Assembly (NCBI RefSeq): GCF_001194135.2 | Contig: NC_068982.1 | Location: 123,854,297 to 123,918,296 of the forward strand | DNA length: 64,000 nucleotides | Source: Octopus bimaculoides | Taxonomy: Eukaryota | Reading direction: 5' to 3' | Part shown: positions 11,924 to 25,307 of the stretch, piece after piece | Layout: each line of letters starts with the position of its first letter | Position numbering within the stretch: the stretch's first letter is position 1 | The notes under the pieces: generated by a model | Databases searched by the model: none | The model's input: only the letters and a program-made list of their open reading frames with translations | What the model was told of the DNA's origin: nothing | Translations under genes and position numbers: made by a program

Positions 11924-12308
11924 ACTCTTTTACTGGTTTCAGTCATTTGACTGCAACCATGCTGGAGCACCGCCTTTAGTCGAATGAATCAACCCCCAGG
12001 ACTTATCCTTTGTAAGCCTAGTACTTGTTCTGTCGGTCACTTTGGCCGAACTGCTAAGTTATGGGTACGTAAACACACCAACATCAGTTGTCAAGCAATG
12101 ATGGGTGGACAAACACAGACCCACAAACACATACATATATATATACGACAGACTTCTTTCAGTTTCTGTCTACCAAATCCACTCACAAGGCTTTGGTCAG
12201 CTCAAGGCTATAGTAGAAGACACTTGCCCAAGGTGCCATGTAGTGGGACTGAACCCTGAACCATGTGGTTGGTAAGCAAGCTACTTACCACACAGCCACT
12301 CCTGCACC
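11924..12308 (-). mobile_element. tRNA-derived SINE family A, near full length
   Basis: Head GGAGTGGCTGTGTGGTAAG...GGTTCAGTCCCACT, internal (TA/TG)n, tail GACTGAAAC..AGTAAAAGAG. Other copies near 1-130(-), 4440-4662(+), 7395-7790, 17927-18090(-), 33807-34320(+), 42440-42857(+), 56734-57152(+), 59920-60070(-). Confidence 0.8.
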
Positions 12309-13499
12309 TGGATATATTATCTTAATATGTTTCTAATATTATTTACAGTTAGACTAACGAAGGGTATTATTTTAACATTTATTTTATTGTAGTTGCTTTT
12401 TAAGTATTTATACTCAAATATAGAAATTAATTCTGAAGTTCTACTTGTCTACCAAGTGACATGATCTGAGACTGTGCTGAAACAATTACATCATGGAAGA
12501 GCCATTCTAGTAAATTAATAAGCACATAAAATTGTTGAATTTACTTTGAATGTATTATTTTGTGATGTGTTGAGATTTTTGTTGCCCAACTTTGACCTGG
12601 TCACTGACTCAGTCCTTTTGTAACTGTAATCTCCAAAACCATCATATTTCATGAATATCCCCCATTGTCAAGGTTAATTACTTCTAGTACTAATCCTTCC
12701 ATGCCACACACCATAGAAAAAAGACAGTGAGAAAGCGAAAGAGAGAACAGCTCAGTTAAGGGATTTAACATGTTAGTTACAGTGTCTAGTTTAAAGGCCC
12801 AAGATCAAGTACTCTGACAGGAGAATGTACTAGATTAACTTTCATGGTATTGTTAATTCTATTAAAATAATATCTTGTATTCTAAATTATTATTTTACTA
12901 TTGATGTAAGTAACATTCAGGAAACCTTTCATTGTGCTTATCAAATAAATAAATCATCATCATCATCACCATCATCATTTAATGCCCATTGTCCATGTTG
13001 GTATGGATTGGACTGTTTGACCAGGGCTGGCAAGCTGAAAGGCTGCACCAGCCTCCAGTCTGATTTGTCATGGTTTCTATGGCTGGATGTCATTCCTAAC
13101 ACTAACCACTCTGAGAGTGTAGTGGGTGTTTTTATGTGCCGCTGGCACAGGTGCCATTTGCACAACACTGGTATCTTCCACGACTGTGATTTTGCTTGGC
13201 TTGATGGGTTTTCTTTTCAAGCAAGACATAATGCCAAAGATCTCGGTCATTGCCTCCATGAGGCCCAACACTCGAAAGGAGCTTATTATTATTAAATAAA
13301 ATTAAAATTAGCCTATAGTTGCATAAAACAACATTTTCACTTCAATTTCCAATTCAACCGAAGGAAGGGAATATGTGAGGGCTGAAAAGAAATGAGAAAT
13401 GTGGTGAGCATGCTCTGCTGGATGTGTAATGTAAGTGTGCATGCATGACAGAACACAAATGAGCTGAAAAAAAAAAAAATGAATATAAGACAAATCAGC

Positions 13500-13800
13500 T
13501 GCTGTATGCCAGTGGGAAAAGACTACACTGATACAGATATGTGATATGTAAAGAAGAACAGAGTTGGGTAAAGGAATGCCAAGTGATTTGAGCAGAAGAA
13601 GCCAACAGCAAAGAAGGTTCAAGGAAGATGTGAGAGTAGTGAAGGGAGTCTCATTAGTGTTGAACTTCATGAATGAAGTGACAAAGGGACTGCACCAAGT
13701 GGCAAAACACTGTACTGAAGACACATCTAATTCATGCATGCATGGAAAGATGGATATAAAACGATAATCATGATGATGAAGATGGCGGTTGTGATGATGA
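13500..13800 (+). mobile_element. Old RTE LINE 3' remnant
   Basis: KRLH*YRYVICKEEQSWVKEC followed by the family tail CATGGAAAGATGGATATAAAACGAT(GAT)n. Confidence 0.55.
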
Positions 13801-13884
13801 GGGCGGTTGATGATATATACACCACTTATCACAAATATTCATATAAAAACACTAATAAGTCATTTCCATTTTCCCATTTCTTAC

Positions 13885-14135
13885 TTCTTCTACTACTACT
13901 ACTACTACTGCTGCTGCTGTTACTACTACTACTACTGCTACTACTACTACTGCTACTACTACTACTGCTGCTACTACTGCTGCTGCACCTCCTCCTCTTC
14001 CTACTACTACTACTACAGCTGCTGCTGCTGCTACTGCTTCTCTCCTCCTCCTCCTCCTACTACTACTACTACTACTACTACAGCTGCTGCTACTGCTTTT
14101 CCTCCTCCTCCTCCTGCTACTACTACTACTAGCAG
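13885..14135. repeat. Compound trinucleotide microsatellite (TAC/TGC/CTC)n
   Basis: Read directly; about 215 bp upstream of the first visible exon. Confidence 0.95.
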
Positions 14136-14350
14136 CAGACATTTACATACCATTACACACCACACATTTTCAAGAATTCTAACTTGGAGTTTCATCTCCC
14201 AACAAAATCAATTGACAATATTATTGATAATTTCAAATCATTTATATCTCTGTCACTTATCAAAAGCATTTTGTAATCTAAGAAAGAGATCAATATCTAC
14301 TTTCAATAAGATTATTGTAAAAAAATTTTTTTTCTCTTTAAATATTTCAG

Positions 14351-14568
14351 ATTACTGGAACTGATGACATGGGATACAGATTTCAAAGAATAACACCTAC
14401 AGCCATCAGCGCTCAAGCTCCAGTTGCACCCACAGTTTTGATACCCCTTACAACCAAATTGCTTCATGGCAAAACTGCAACTTTAGTATGTGAAATAAAG
14501 AGTCTTGTTCCTTATCACGTTGAATGGTCTAAGGATGGAAGAAGAATTTCAAACTCAGAGTATTTCAA
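14351..14568 (+). CDS. HMCN1: Hemicentin exon A (end of N-terminal region plus first half of Ig1)
   Basis: tttcag|ATT ACT GGA; ITGTDDMGYRFQRITPTAISAQAPVAPTV...LVCEIKSLVPYHVEWSKDG; donor AA|gtaata; phase 0 in, phase 2 out. Confidence 0.9.
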
Positions 14569-15103
14569 GTAATAACCTTGTGATTTCTTTCTTCCTGCTT
14601 TTTAATAATAATTCACCAAACATGGCTGTGCAATTAAGTCACTCACTTTGTGACCACCTGATTTTAGGTTCAATTTCACAGCATGGCACCTTGGGCTTGT
14701 GTCATTACTATAGCCCCCAGGTAGACCAATGTTTTGTGAGTGAATTTAGTAGATGAAAACTGTTTGGAATCCCATTGTGTATGTATACACCTGTTGTTAT
14801 GTCCTGTTATTTGTATTTGTGAAACCTTCTCCGTTTTTTTTCCATCCTTGTTTTCATATACATTCGCTGCTTTCTTCCAAGGAATCTAATGCTCTTAGCT
14901 TAGTTTTTCCTTGGGGCTGGCTAGATTGGAGCAATCTCAAGTATAACCAGCTGAAATTGCAAAGATAATCTGGAACTCGACTGAGAAAAGAAAACTCCGA
15001 ATGACCTGTCCTTGTTTTCTTTGTATCGTCTATCTGGATGTTTTGTTGTCCCTTTCTTGTATCACCTAACTGTCTGGATGTTTTGCATTCTTATCCCATT
15101 TTG

Positions 15104-15142
<39 letters not shown>

Positions 15143-15436
15143 TAGTCTCCTGTCTTTAGGCTATATATGAGGGTTCTGTAATTTCTTGCTGCACAACCAC
15201 ACAGATGATTTGTTTATAGTGATCAAATGTTTGTGTTCATATAAGCTCCCTCCCTCCATCAAATCAATATTACCTCCACAGGGGCACGAAGTGCCATGTG
15301 CCAGATGACAAAATGACTGCAGAGCAATGTGAAATGATGTGTTTTGCTCAAGAACACAATGCAATGCCCGGTCTGGGAATTGAAACCACAATCTTGCTAT
15401 CATGAGTGCAACATCCTAACCACTAAGCCATGTGAC

Positions 15437-15482
<46 letters not shown>

Positions 15483-17896
15483 CATGCATGTGTATGTGTA
15501 GGTCTTTGTGCTTGTATCCCCTCCACTACTTGACAACTGGTAATGGTTTGTTTATACACCTGTAACTTAGTGGTTTCGCAAAAGGGACAAATAAATTATG
15601 TACCTGACTTTAAAAATGTAAGTATTGGTATTGATTTGTTTGACTAAAACTTTAAAGTGGTGCCCCAGCATGGTCACAGTCCAATGAGTAAAGCAAGTAA
15701 AAAATAAAAAATATCAAGAGAAAATTATCTCTGTTACAAATATTTCTGCTGACAATAACCAAATTTAGTTATCATTAAAAATTTTCATTAAAAATGCTAT
15801 TTTAAACATCCATATTAGATGCTTTGATATATAGTCTGTACTTTGGATTTTTTAATATATTTTAGCCCTTTAGCATTCAGATTACTCTGTCAAATGTTCT
15901 GCTTATTTATTCACATTGTTTAGAATTAATTATGTATTATCTCATACTTTTATAATTTTAATGATGTAATTGTTTATTTTTAGAATGACAGTGTAGGGTA
16001 GGTGTCAAAGGCCAGATCTGGTTTAAACATAACACAGGCAGCATATTTAGGCTGGGTATGGCTGGTTTAAATGATGAAGGGCTAAACTTGCAATTTCTCT
16101 CTTTGTAAGTCAATGCATTAAAAACTAATGAATGTTTACCTAATTCTAATTTGGTGAGTTCTTCCTGTTGCAGATAGTCTCAGACTGTAGACAACTTAGA
16201 GATGATCATTTGACACTTCAGCACCCACCCTCAGTACAAGAATGTCCAACCCTGAATCAAAGAGGTCTCAGACAATAACAAAATCCATCAGTTGCCTCTT
16301 TCCAGATTATTCCTATATGAGGCATAGGGATATCCCTGTGTTGGAAGATGTTCATAATAGAAGGCTCTCTGGAGTAATGTTACCTGACAGGGACATAGCT
16401 CAGAGATCAGAGAGTCTCTCCAGGCCAAGCTGCTATTTCTTTGCACTGAGAGGTCACAGCTCTGGTGCTACCAATGTGATTAGAATGCTGTGAGAAAGAA
16501 TTGTAAGTCAGATTCTTCAAGCCAAGCCAACCAGCTGGAGACCTAGGAGTAGACCAAGAATGAGATGGTTGGATAATATCCATAGTCTTAGTTGGTCACA
16601 TTTGAGAGTCCATCTGGAAAGTCTAATGATGGCTGCTTCTGATAGGACCTTATGACTGAAGTCTCTACCCCAACAACCCTCCCAGGAGGGAAAAGATGGG
16701 TGAATGAATGGATGGATGGATGGATGGTTTACTTAATATCATCAGCAACCATCAAATTGACTGAACCTAAAATAGATCTATTTTGATATTTTATTTTGAA
16801 TGTTTTTAATCATTTTGCCATCTGACAAAAAGACAAACAAAAATAATAACAATTATATCTAACAGAACGAAACCATTATTTCAGTGCCTAAATGTTGGTA
16901 CTTAATAAATTTGTAATTCAATGCTGTTTTATGAAAGAATGTTAATATCATTATATCACATGTTTTTTTTTATACTACAAACAGATATTCTGGTAACATT
17001 ACATTTCAAATACCGGAAGCCCAACAGGACAATGAAGGTACCTATAGCTGTAAAGCTGAAAACGTTGCTGGAACAAATACTGCCTATACAATGTTGGATA
17101 TTAGTGGTATGTAAGCTCAACTCTATATTAAGTATGGCTTATTTATTTTCAAATAACGAGGAAGTAAGGTAGAAAGAGGAAACAATTTTCAATTGATCCA
17201 CTTAAAAATGTTGGTAAACGCCTCTATTTTTTTTTTTTTTTTTTGCATGAGACAACACTTAACTATATGGGACTTTAGAATTAATATATACACAAATGGG
17301 AGTAGGCAACATCTTAGGGGTTTCTTATGGACAAATTTACATTCAAAACCTGTGAAGTACAGTAAACGATGAGATACACATGCACCTACATCCACAAAAT
17401 ATATGTGCTTGTGTCACATGCTGGACACANNNNNNNNNNNNNNNNNNNNNNNNNNNNNNNNNNNNNNNNNNNNNNNNNNNNNNNNNNNNNNNNNNNNNNN
17501 NNNNNNNNNNNNNNNNNNNNNNNNNNNNNNNNNNNNNNNNNNNNNNNNNNNNNNNNNNNNNNNNNNNNNNNNNNNNNNNNNNNNNNNNNNNNNNNNNNNN
17601 NNNNNNNNNNNNNNNNNNNNNNNNNNNNNNNNNNNNNNNNNNNNNNNNNNNNNNNNNNNNNNNNNNNNNNNNNNNNNNNNNNNNNNNNNNNNNNNNNNNN
17701 NNNNNNNNNNNNNNNNNNNNNNNNNNNNNNNNNNNNNNNNNNNNNNNNNNNNNNNNNNNNNNNNNNNNNNNNNNNNNNNNNNNNNNNNNNNNNNNNNNNN
17801 NNNNNNNNNNNNNNNNNNNNNNNNNNNNNNNNNNNNNNNNNNNNNNNNNNNNNNNNNNNNNNNNNNNNNNNNNNNNNNNNNNNNNNNNNNNNNNNN

Positions 17897-17929
<33 letters not shown>

Positions 17930-18906
17930 CGGACTTACTTTAGTTTCCGTCTACCAAATCCACTCACAAGGCTTTGGGCAGCTCGAGGTTATAGTAGAAG
18001 ACACTTGCCAAAGGTGCCATGCAATGAGATTGAAGCTGGAACAATGTGGTTAATAAGTAAGCTACTTACCACACAGCCACTCTTGCGCCTATACATTCAA
18101 AACCTGTGAAGTACAATAAACGATGAGATACACATGCACATGTGTAAACATATTCACATAATGTAATTAATCTATGTTGAATGCAAATTCTTTTTTAAAA
18201 ACAACAAAACAGGCTAATACAAGGGAAATAACAAACAAGCTGCTAAAAATTTGCTCACCATTATCTGTCTGTTTTGAAGTCCCACATAGTTACATGTAAT
18301 CTCATGTAGTCCCATCCAAAGTGGAAATGGAGGTAAATACCAACATTTAAAGTAGATCACTTGAAAATTGTCAAAATTCTTTTTACATGATACTATTGGT
18401 TGTTCTGTTAATCCACAAATAAAGTACATATATAATTATATGTCCGATGGCACCAGCATTTGAGCGTGATCATTACCAGCATCGCCTTCCTGGCACTTGT
18501 GTCGCAGCGTCGCCTTCCTGGCGCGTGTGCCGGTGGCATGTGAAAAGTCATTCAAGCGAGATTGTTGCTAGTGCCGCTGGACTGGCTCCTGTGCAGGCTT
18601 CACGTAAAATACACCATTTTGAGCATGGACGTTGCCAGTACCACCTGACTGGCCTTTGTGCCATTGGCACATAAAAGCACCCACTACACTCTCAGAGTGG
18701 TTGGTGTTAGGAAGGGCATCCATCTGTAGAAACTCCGCCAAATCAGATTGGAGCCTGGTGTAGCCATCTGGTTCGCCAGTCCTCAGTCAAATCGTCCAAC
18801 CCATGCTAGCATGGAAAGCAGACATTAAACGACGATGATGATGGATGATGATGATGATATATATATATATATATANNNNNNNNNNNNNNNNNATTATACA
18901 TATATT

Positions 18907-18948
<42 letters not shown>

Positions 18949-21900
18949 CATACATGTGTATATGAATGTGTGTGTGTGTGTATTAAATAATTGATAGGGG
19001 AGACAGAGTGTACTGTAAATTTTATTTAGCATGACAATTGGTTTCCTGAGTTCTGTGGCATATATACCCATGCACCCTGGACAGGATACCAGACCCTCAC
19101 AGGATTACTCATTTGTGCCAACTGAGTGAACTGGAGCAACATGAAATGAAGTGTTTTGCTCAAGGACACGACACATCACCCGGTCCAAAGAATTGAAACC
19201 ATCATCTTACAATCTTAACCTCTAAGTCACACATCTCTCTCCCTCCCTCTCTCTCTCTCTCTCTCTCTCTGTATGACAAAAGTAATTCAGACAAGATCTT
19301 TTTGTTGATTGGCAATTGTTAAATTCCATCTGTCATCATTCTAATCTAAAAAAAAAAATACCCACATTTATCTAGACAGAAAAAACTGTCTGTTTTGGGG
19401 TTTTACTAATAAATGCATTTGCAATAACCTACATCAACAATCCGACTTTCTGTTGATGCTGGCCTACTTTGATATTTGTGAGTTAGGCAGCCAGTGGAAA
19501 TGGAAAAAAGTTACCTTTGTTGGTAAGTTGGGTGGTATCTACCTATGCTTAGTTACCTCAAAATATGTCTGCAGTTTATAAAAGAAGTCAGTTTGTATTT
19601 CATCAGCTCAATCTGTTTTGTTTGTTGTTGGTTTTACGTTTTATTTTCGTTAGTTATCATCCTCAATCATCAGTGTCGTCATCATTATCATTCTCAATCA
19701 TCATCATTGTCATCAACAACATTGCAGTGAAAATTATTCTTGATAAAAATGGTAAAATTATAATTCTGAAAGATTTTTTAACTTCTTTTTTTTTTTTTTT
19801 TACCAGAACCTCCCCCAACAGTAATTGTCAATGCCAATATGTCAGCCAAACGTGGCCATAATAAAATGATCACATGCAAAGTTTACTCAACTGCACCAAA
19901 TTATACTGTTACATGGTTCAAGATAGGAGCAGCATTAGACCTACGTTTTGATCCAGATGTTACTATTTTTAGAAATGGCACCCTTCTTATTAGGTATCAT
20001 TAAATGTATATTTTGCATGATTGTTATTTCTTCAAATCGTTTTGTTATTTCTGTAATTCATTGTAATTGTTACTGCTTTTGGCTTCTTCTGCAGAAGCAG
20101 GTTTAAAAAAGGTACAGAATGACAAAATTTTAAATACAACCAGATTGAATCTTTGCTATTTTATTATTGATATATGTTTAACTTCTAGTTTATAACATAT
20201 TCTTATATTTTGGTATATTTTGGTGAAGCAAATGGTCAACTTTTATCAAAGAGTCATATTGTTTGAATGAATCAACCGAAGTATTATAGTATTTATTTGA
20301 CCAGTCTAGAGAACTGGAAGCAAAGAATGTGAATCATTGAAGCAGTTTAACATACTCCCATTTGCTTCAAATTATTATTATAAACAATAATTAACATATA
20401 TACAATGAATAATTAAAGTGTTTTTCATATTTTGCTTTGTAAGTTAAATATTTTCAATTGAAATAATTTAATCCTTTTATTATAATATTTCAATTTAAAT
20501 AATGCTAACTTTGCTTCAATTAATTTTGAAAATAATGAAGTATTTCATAAAACAAATTTATCCTTATTAACCCTTTAGCATTCAGATTACTCTGTCATGT
20601 GTAATTCTTATTGATTCACATTGTTTTGAATTAATCATGCCTTATTTCATAACTTCAAGATTTTGATGATTTGATTGATTATTGTTAGAATGACATTGTA
20701 GGGTAGGTGTAAGAGGCCAGATCTTGCCAGTTTGAACATAAGGTAGGTAAAATTTTGGATATGGCCAATTCAGAAACTAAAGGGTTAAGCTGTGGAAAAT
20801 TTAAATTTAAATCACTTTAAAAGACAAAGTTTTTATCATAAAACCAGGGGTGGATCTCAGGTGAGTTTGTATCAAACAAGTATATATTCTAATTTTATAC
20901 AATAGTATATCTAGTTATTGAATTAACATGTAGAATGTTTTACTTAATAGGAATATAGATCAACATGATGAAGGTATATATACATGTGAAGCTCAAAATG
21001 AAGGAGGGATATCTAGAAATAATACCTATCTTCGTATTCAAGGTAAGCTGGAACTTTACAGATTTTTCTTTTTTATTTTGCTTGAGCCCTAGGACTCATA
21101 AGACCAGTTACCTGATTTCCATGACATATATAAGTGACGGAGGTCACAGCATTCCTCTTGAACAGGATGCTGGTCTCTTGCAAGATTCATGGCCAGCACT
21201 TTTGAAGGGAGGGAGGAGGGGTTTAGTCGATTACATCAACTCCTGTACTTGAATGGTACTTTCTTTTATTAACAGTAAAATAACAGAAGGCAAAGTTAAT
21301 TTTGGCAGTATTTGAACCCTGAATGGGAAGAACTGGAAGAAATGCCATTGAGCATTTTGCCCAACATGTTAATGATTCTTATTTCTTTATTTCCCACAAG
21401 GGGCTAAACATAGAGGGGACAAACAAGGACAGACAAAGGGATTAAGTCGATTAGATCGATCCCAGTGCATAACTAGTACTTAATTTATCGACCCCGAAAG
21501 GATGAAAGGCAAAGTCGACCTCAGCGGAATTTGAACTCAGAACATAACGGCAGATGAAATACCGCTTAGCATTTCGCCCGGCGTGCTAATGTTTCTGCCA
21601 GCTCACCACCTTCATGTTAATGATTCTGTCAGCTCCCCAACTTTAATGCTACAGTATTCCATATGTATAATTCTTCATGAAACCATTTTGTTTTCAAAAA
21701 CAACATTCTGTCTAATTAATGAGATCAACCCTTATATATAATTAGTTTCTTATATTATTGATGTTGGATTGGAAAACTAATTGTAGTTATTTTACTTCCT
21801 TTATGTCAGTGACTCAGGTGTTGTCTTTTATATTTTACTTGTTTTCTTTCATTAGACTGTGGCCATGCTGGAGCACCACCTTGAAGGGTTTAGTTGAATA

Positions 21901-22020
21901 AATCATCCCCAATACTTATTTTAAAGTCTTTTGCTAGACCACTGAGTTATTGGGATGTAAACGAACCCACACTGGGTACCAAGTGGTGTGGGAGGGTGGA
22001 GATGCAAGCACAAACACAAT

Positions 22021-22052
<32 letters not shown>

Positions 22053-25000
22053 AACATGCACACGCACACACATGCACATGTATATACAGGTACAGGCATG
22101 CTGATAGACACAAGTATGGCTGTGTACATAAGAAGTTTACTTCTAAACCATATCATTTCAAGTTCAGTCCCACTGTGACACCTTGGGCAAGCATTTTCTA
22201 CTATAACCCTGGGCTAGCTAAAGCCTTGTAAGTGTATTTGGTTGATGAAAACAGAAAGAAGCCTGTCATACATATGTATGTATATGAATGTGTATATGTT
22301 TGTGTTTCCGTGTCTTGACATTGTGTGACAGTTGTAAATGAGTATCACTCCCATCCAAGCCATGTCATTCATTTCCAATATTCTGTAAAAACATGTCGGA
22401 CCTGGAGGAAATATTACCTTGCATGGAAATGTGAGGGTTGACAACAGAAAAGGCATCCAACCACTAAAAATCTGTCTTAATAAAATCTGTTTGATAATGC
22501 TGATGATGATATACATGACAGGCTTCCTCTACCAAATTCACTGACAAGGCTTTGGTCAACCCAGGGTCATAGTAGAAGACATTTGCCCAAGGTGCTATGC
22601 AGTGGGACTGAACCTGAGACCATATAGATGCAAAGTGAGTTTCTTAATCACACAGCTATACTTTACCTATGATGACATAACCTTATTTTTTTTGTCTGTC
22701 TTTATAGATTTGAGACTTGTGCTTTGTAAAATAGAAACCAAATGCAAGACAGCTCATTCTAACCTATTGACTAAAATATTCTGGTTTTTCAGTACAAATA
22801 ATATTCCATTACAGAGTTGAGGAATTGGTGAAATTGTTAGAACACTGGACAAAATACTTTGTGGTGTTTGTTTCAGCTCTTTTTGTTCTGAGATCTTGAG
22901 AGGTGGGTTTAATCCATTGTCTGGATTAACACCAATACAAGGTCTTTGCTTTAGTCACTTTTAGGAAGTTCATTCTGTTGCAAACATTCTTACCAGATTT
23001 CTACTTTGAGGTAAACTTCCTTCCTTCTTTCCACCAAGGACTTGGGAAAAAAATAAAGGATTATGAGTGAAGCCTTTCCCTCTCTTACTAAATGGTAAAA
23101 AAACTTAATGTCCTTTTTATTTTTATATTTACATACATGATGAACATTATTGGCATATAGTAAGTGTTAAGAATTTCAAACCCTATCACCACCTGGCCCT
23201 TGAGATACCTTTAGCAGAATTTGGTCATTTGTGAACGTTCAGTCCAGGCCTCCAGTCTGAGGATAAATTTCTTCATTTTCCTACCAGTCTTAGTGGTCCC
23301 TTTAAAGGATCATGTATGCTGCCATTGCTCCTGTGACTAAGCCATGATAAAGATAAAAATTGATTACATAATAAAGAATATAGATCAACATCACATAGAA
23401 ATAAACAACATAAAAACTGTAGTATTGTTACATATACATTTTTTAAAGAGGCAAGCTGGCAGAATAATTATCAATGTTGGAAAAAATGCTTAGCAGTATT
23501 TCTTTCGACTCTATGTTTTGGGTTCATATATCACAGAGGTCAACTTTGCCTTTCATCCTTTCAAGGTCAACAAAATAAAGTATCAGCCAAGTACTGGGGG
23601 TAACGTAATCAACTAATGCCTTCCCCTCAAGACTGCTGGCCTTGTACCAAAATTTGAAACCATTATTAGATACATGTTCAATATTTCAAATATCTTTATT
23701 TATTTGACAGAAACTCCAAAAGCGACTGTCATACCAGAGGTGAAAAACTTTGCAGTTGGTCAAACAGTTACAATTAGTTGTTTTTCAACTGGTTTCCCTA
23801 AACCAACCATCTATTGGTTGCGTGATGATAAATTGCTTATACCAAGTGGAAGAATACGACTGAATCAAGGAAATATTACCTTATCAGATCTTAATCAACG
23901 TGATGCAGGCCACTATGAATGTTCAGCTGTTAATGCCGCCGGAGGACACTCTGCTTATGTAACTCTTAGATATATTGGTAAAAAAACTTTCACTAACAAT
24001 TGATTTGGAAAATGTAGAATTATGTATTATTTTTTATTTTACCTTATTGATTACAGGATTGCTTATTTATTGAAATATCTTTGTGTTGCACCAAATTTTT
24101 ATCAAACTGACTTTTGTTTAAATAGTCACTGATTCTTACCCATTGATAACCTTGGGAAAGTAAACCAAATATTTTGCACATGGCAATGGCTTAAAATTGA
24201 CAAAACAGGACACAATCTTGCAGACTTAATTCCACTTATTTGTTATGCCAGAAACCAATTCCTTGATCTTAACATAGATTTTGTAAATCCTCATTTCATA
24301 ACTCTTCAAAACTGCTATTTTCTGATTCTTTATTTTCCTTTATCAATGTCATCATCAAAACCTTCTACTCAACCAAATCATTAACATTCTATAATTAATT
24401 ACATCAGTAACTTTCCTAACAAATATTGAAATATTGAGGTGGTTGTCAGCTTACCAAACATAGTTTAACTAAACACCAGACTGAAAATGTTATTTAATCA
24501 ATAAAATACACTAAATGTTCAATTCTTATGAAAGATTCTCTGTATAAAATATCCCATTTTATAATATACCAACTCAACTTACTTGTACTTACTGTCTTTT
24601 ATTACCAAACAAACTGTTCTTCATTGTAAAGACTATATTTGAAGAACTTACAACTTCTCTCATCAAAAACTGACCTTGAACTATCCAAGAGCTATATTTA
24701 CTATTCCCATCTCATTTGAGAGGACTAATCTCCCATGAAATCATACTACTGCTTCAGAAATCATAATGATTCCTAATGTAGGCATAAAGTTACACATTTT
24801 GGAGAAAAAATAAAGTTGCTTAGATCAACCCAAGTAGAAAAACTTATATGATGTGAGTTATGTTGGTGCACTGTAAAGAAAAGGAAAATATGACATTTAC
24901 ATTATTTAAAGAATTAGTTAGCTTTAATAGAATGATGCAGTTAAGTAAACCATTTTTATTTAACAGAAAAGGAAATGAAAACTTCATATGTTATCTTAGT

Positions 25001-25268
25001 TATTAGTGTTTGTTAGCTGCTCTGTTTGTTATATTATTCTTAATATTGTCATTAATAGAGTAAATATCTGTGGGAGGTACCAACTAAAGACTTTGGAGAT
25101 TGTTCACAGACTTAACATGCTAAATACAATATACTTGTCTATAAATAAAGATAAGGAATCATAGGCATGTTAAGGGTACTTGAGTCAATGGAAAGTTTGG
25201 CCACTTTTGAAAACTGACTCCTCATCATTGACTTATAGATCCACTAATATAAATATATACATACTTAA

Positions 25269-25307
<39 letters not shown>

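Noticed and set aside
13734-14364. Poly-Leu, poly-Tyr/Cys and poly-Ser ORFs
   Set aside because: Translations of a compound trinucleotide microsatellite with no splice or domain support.
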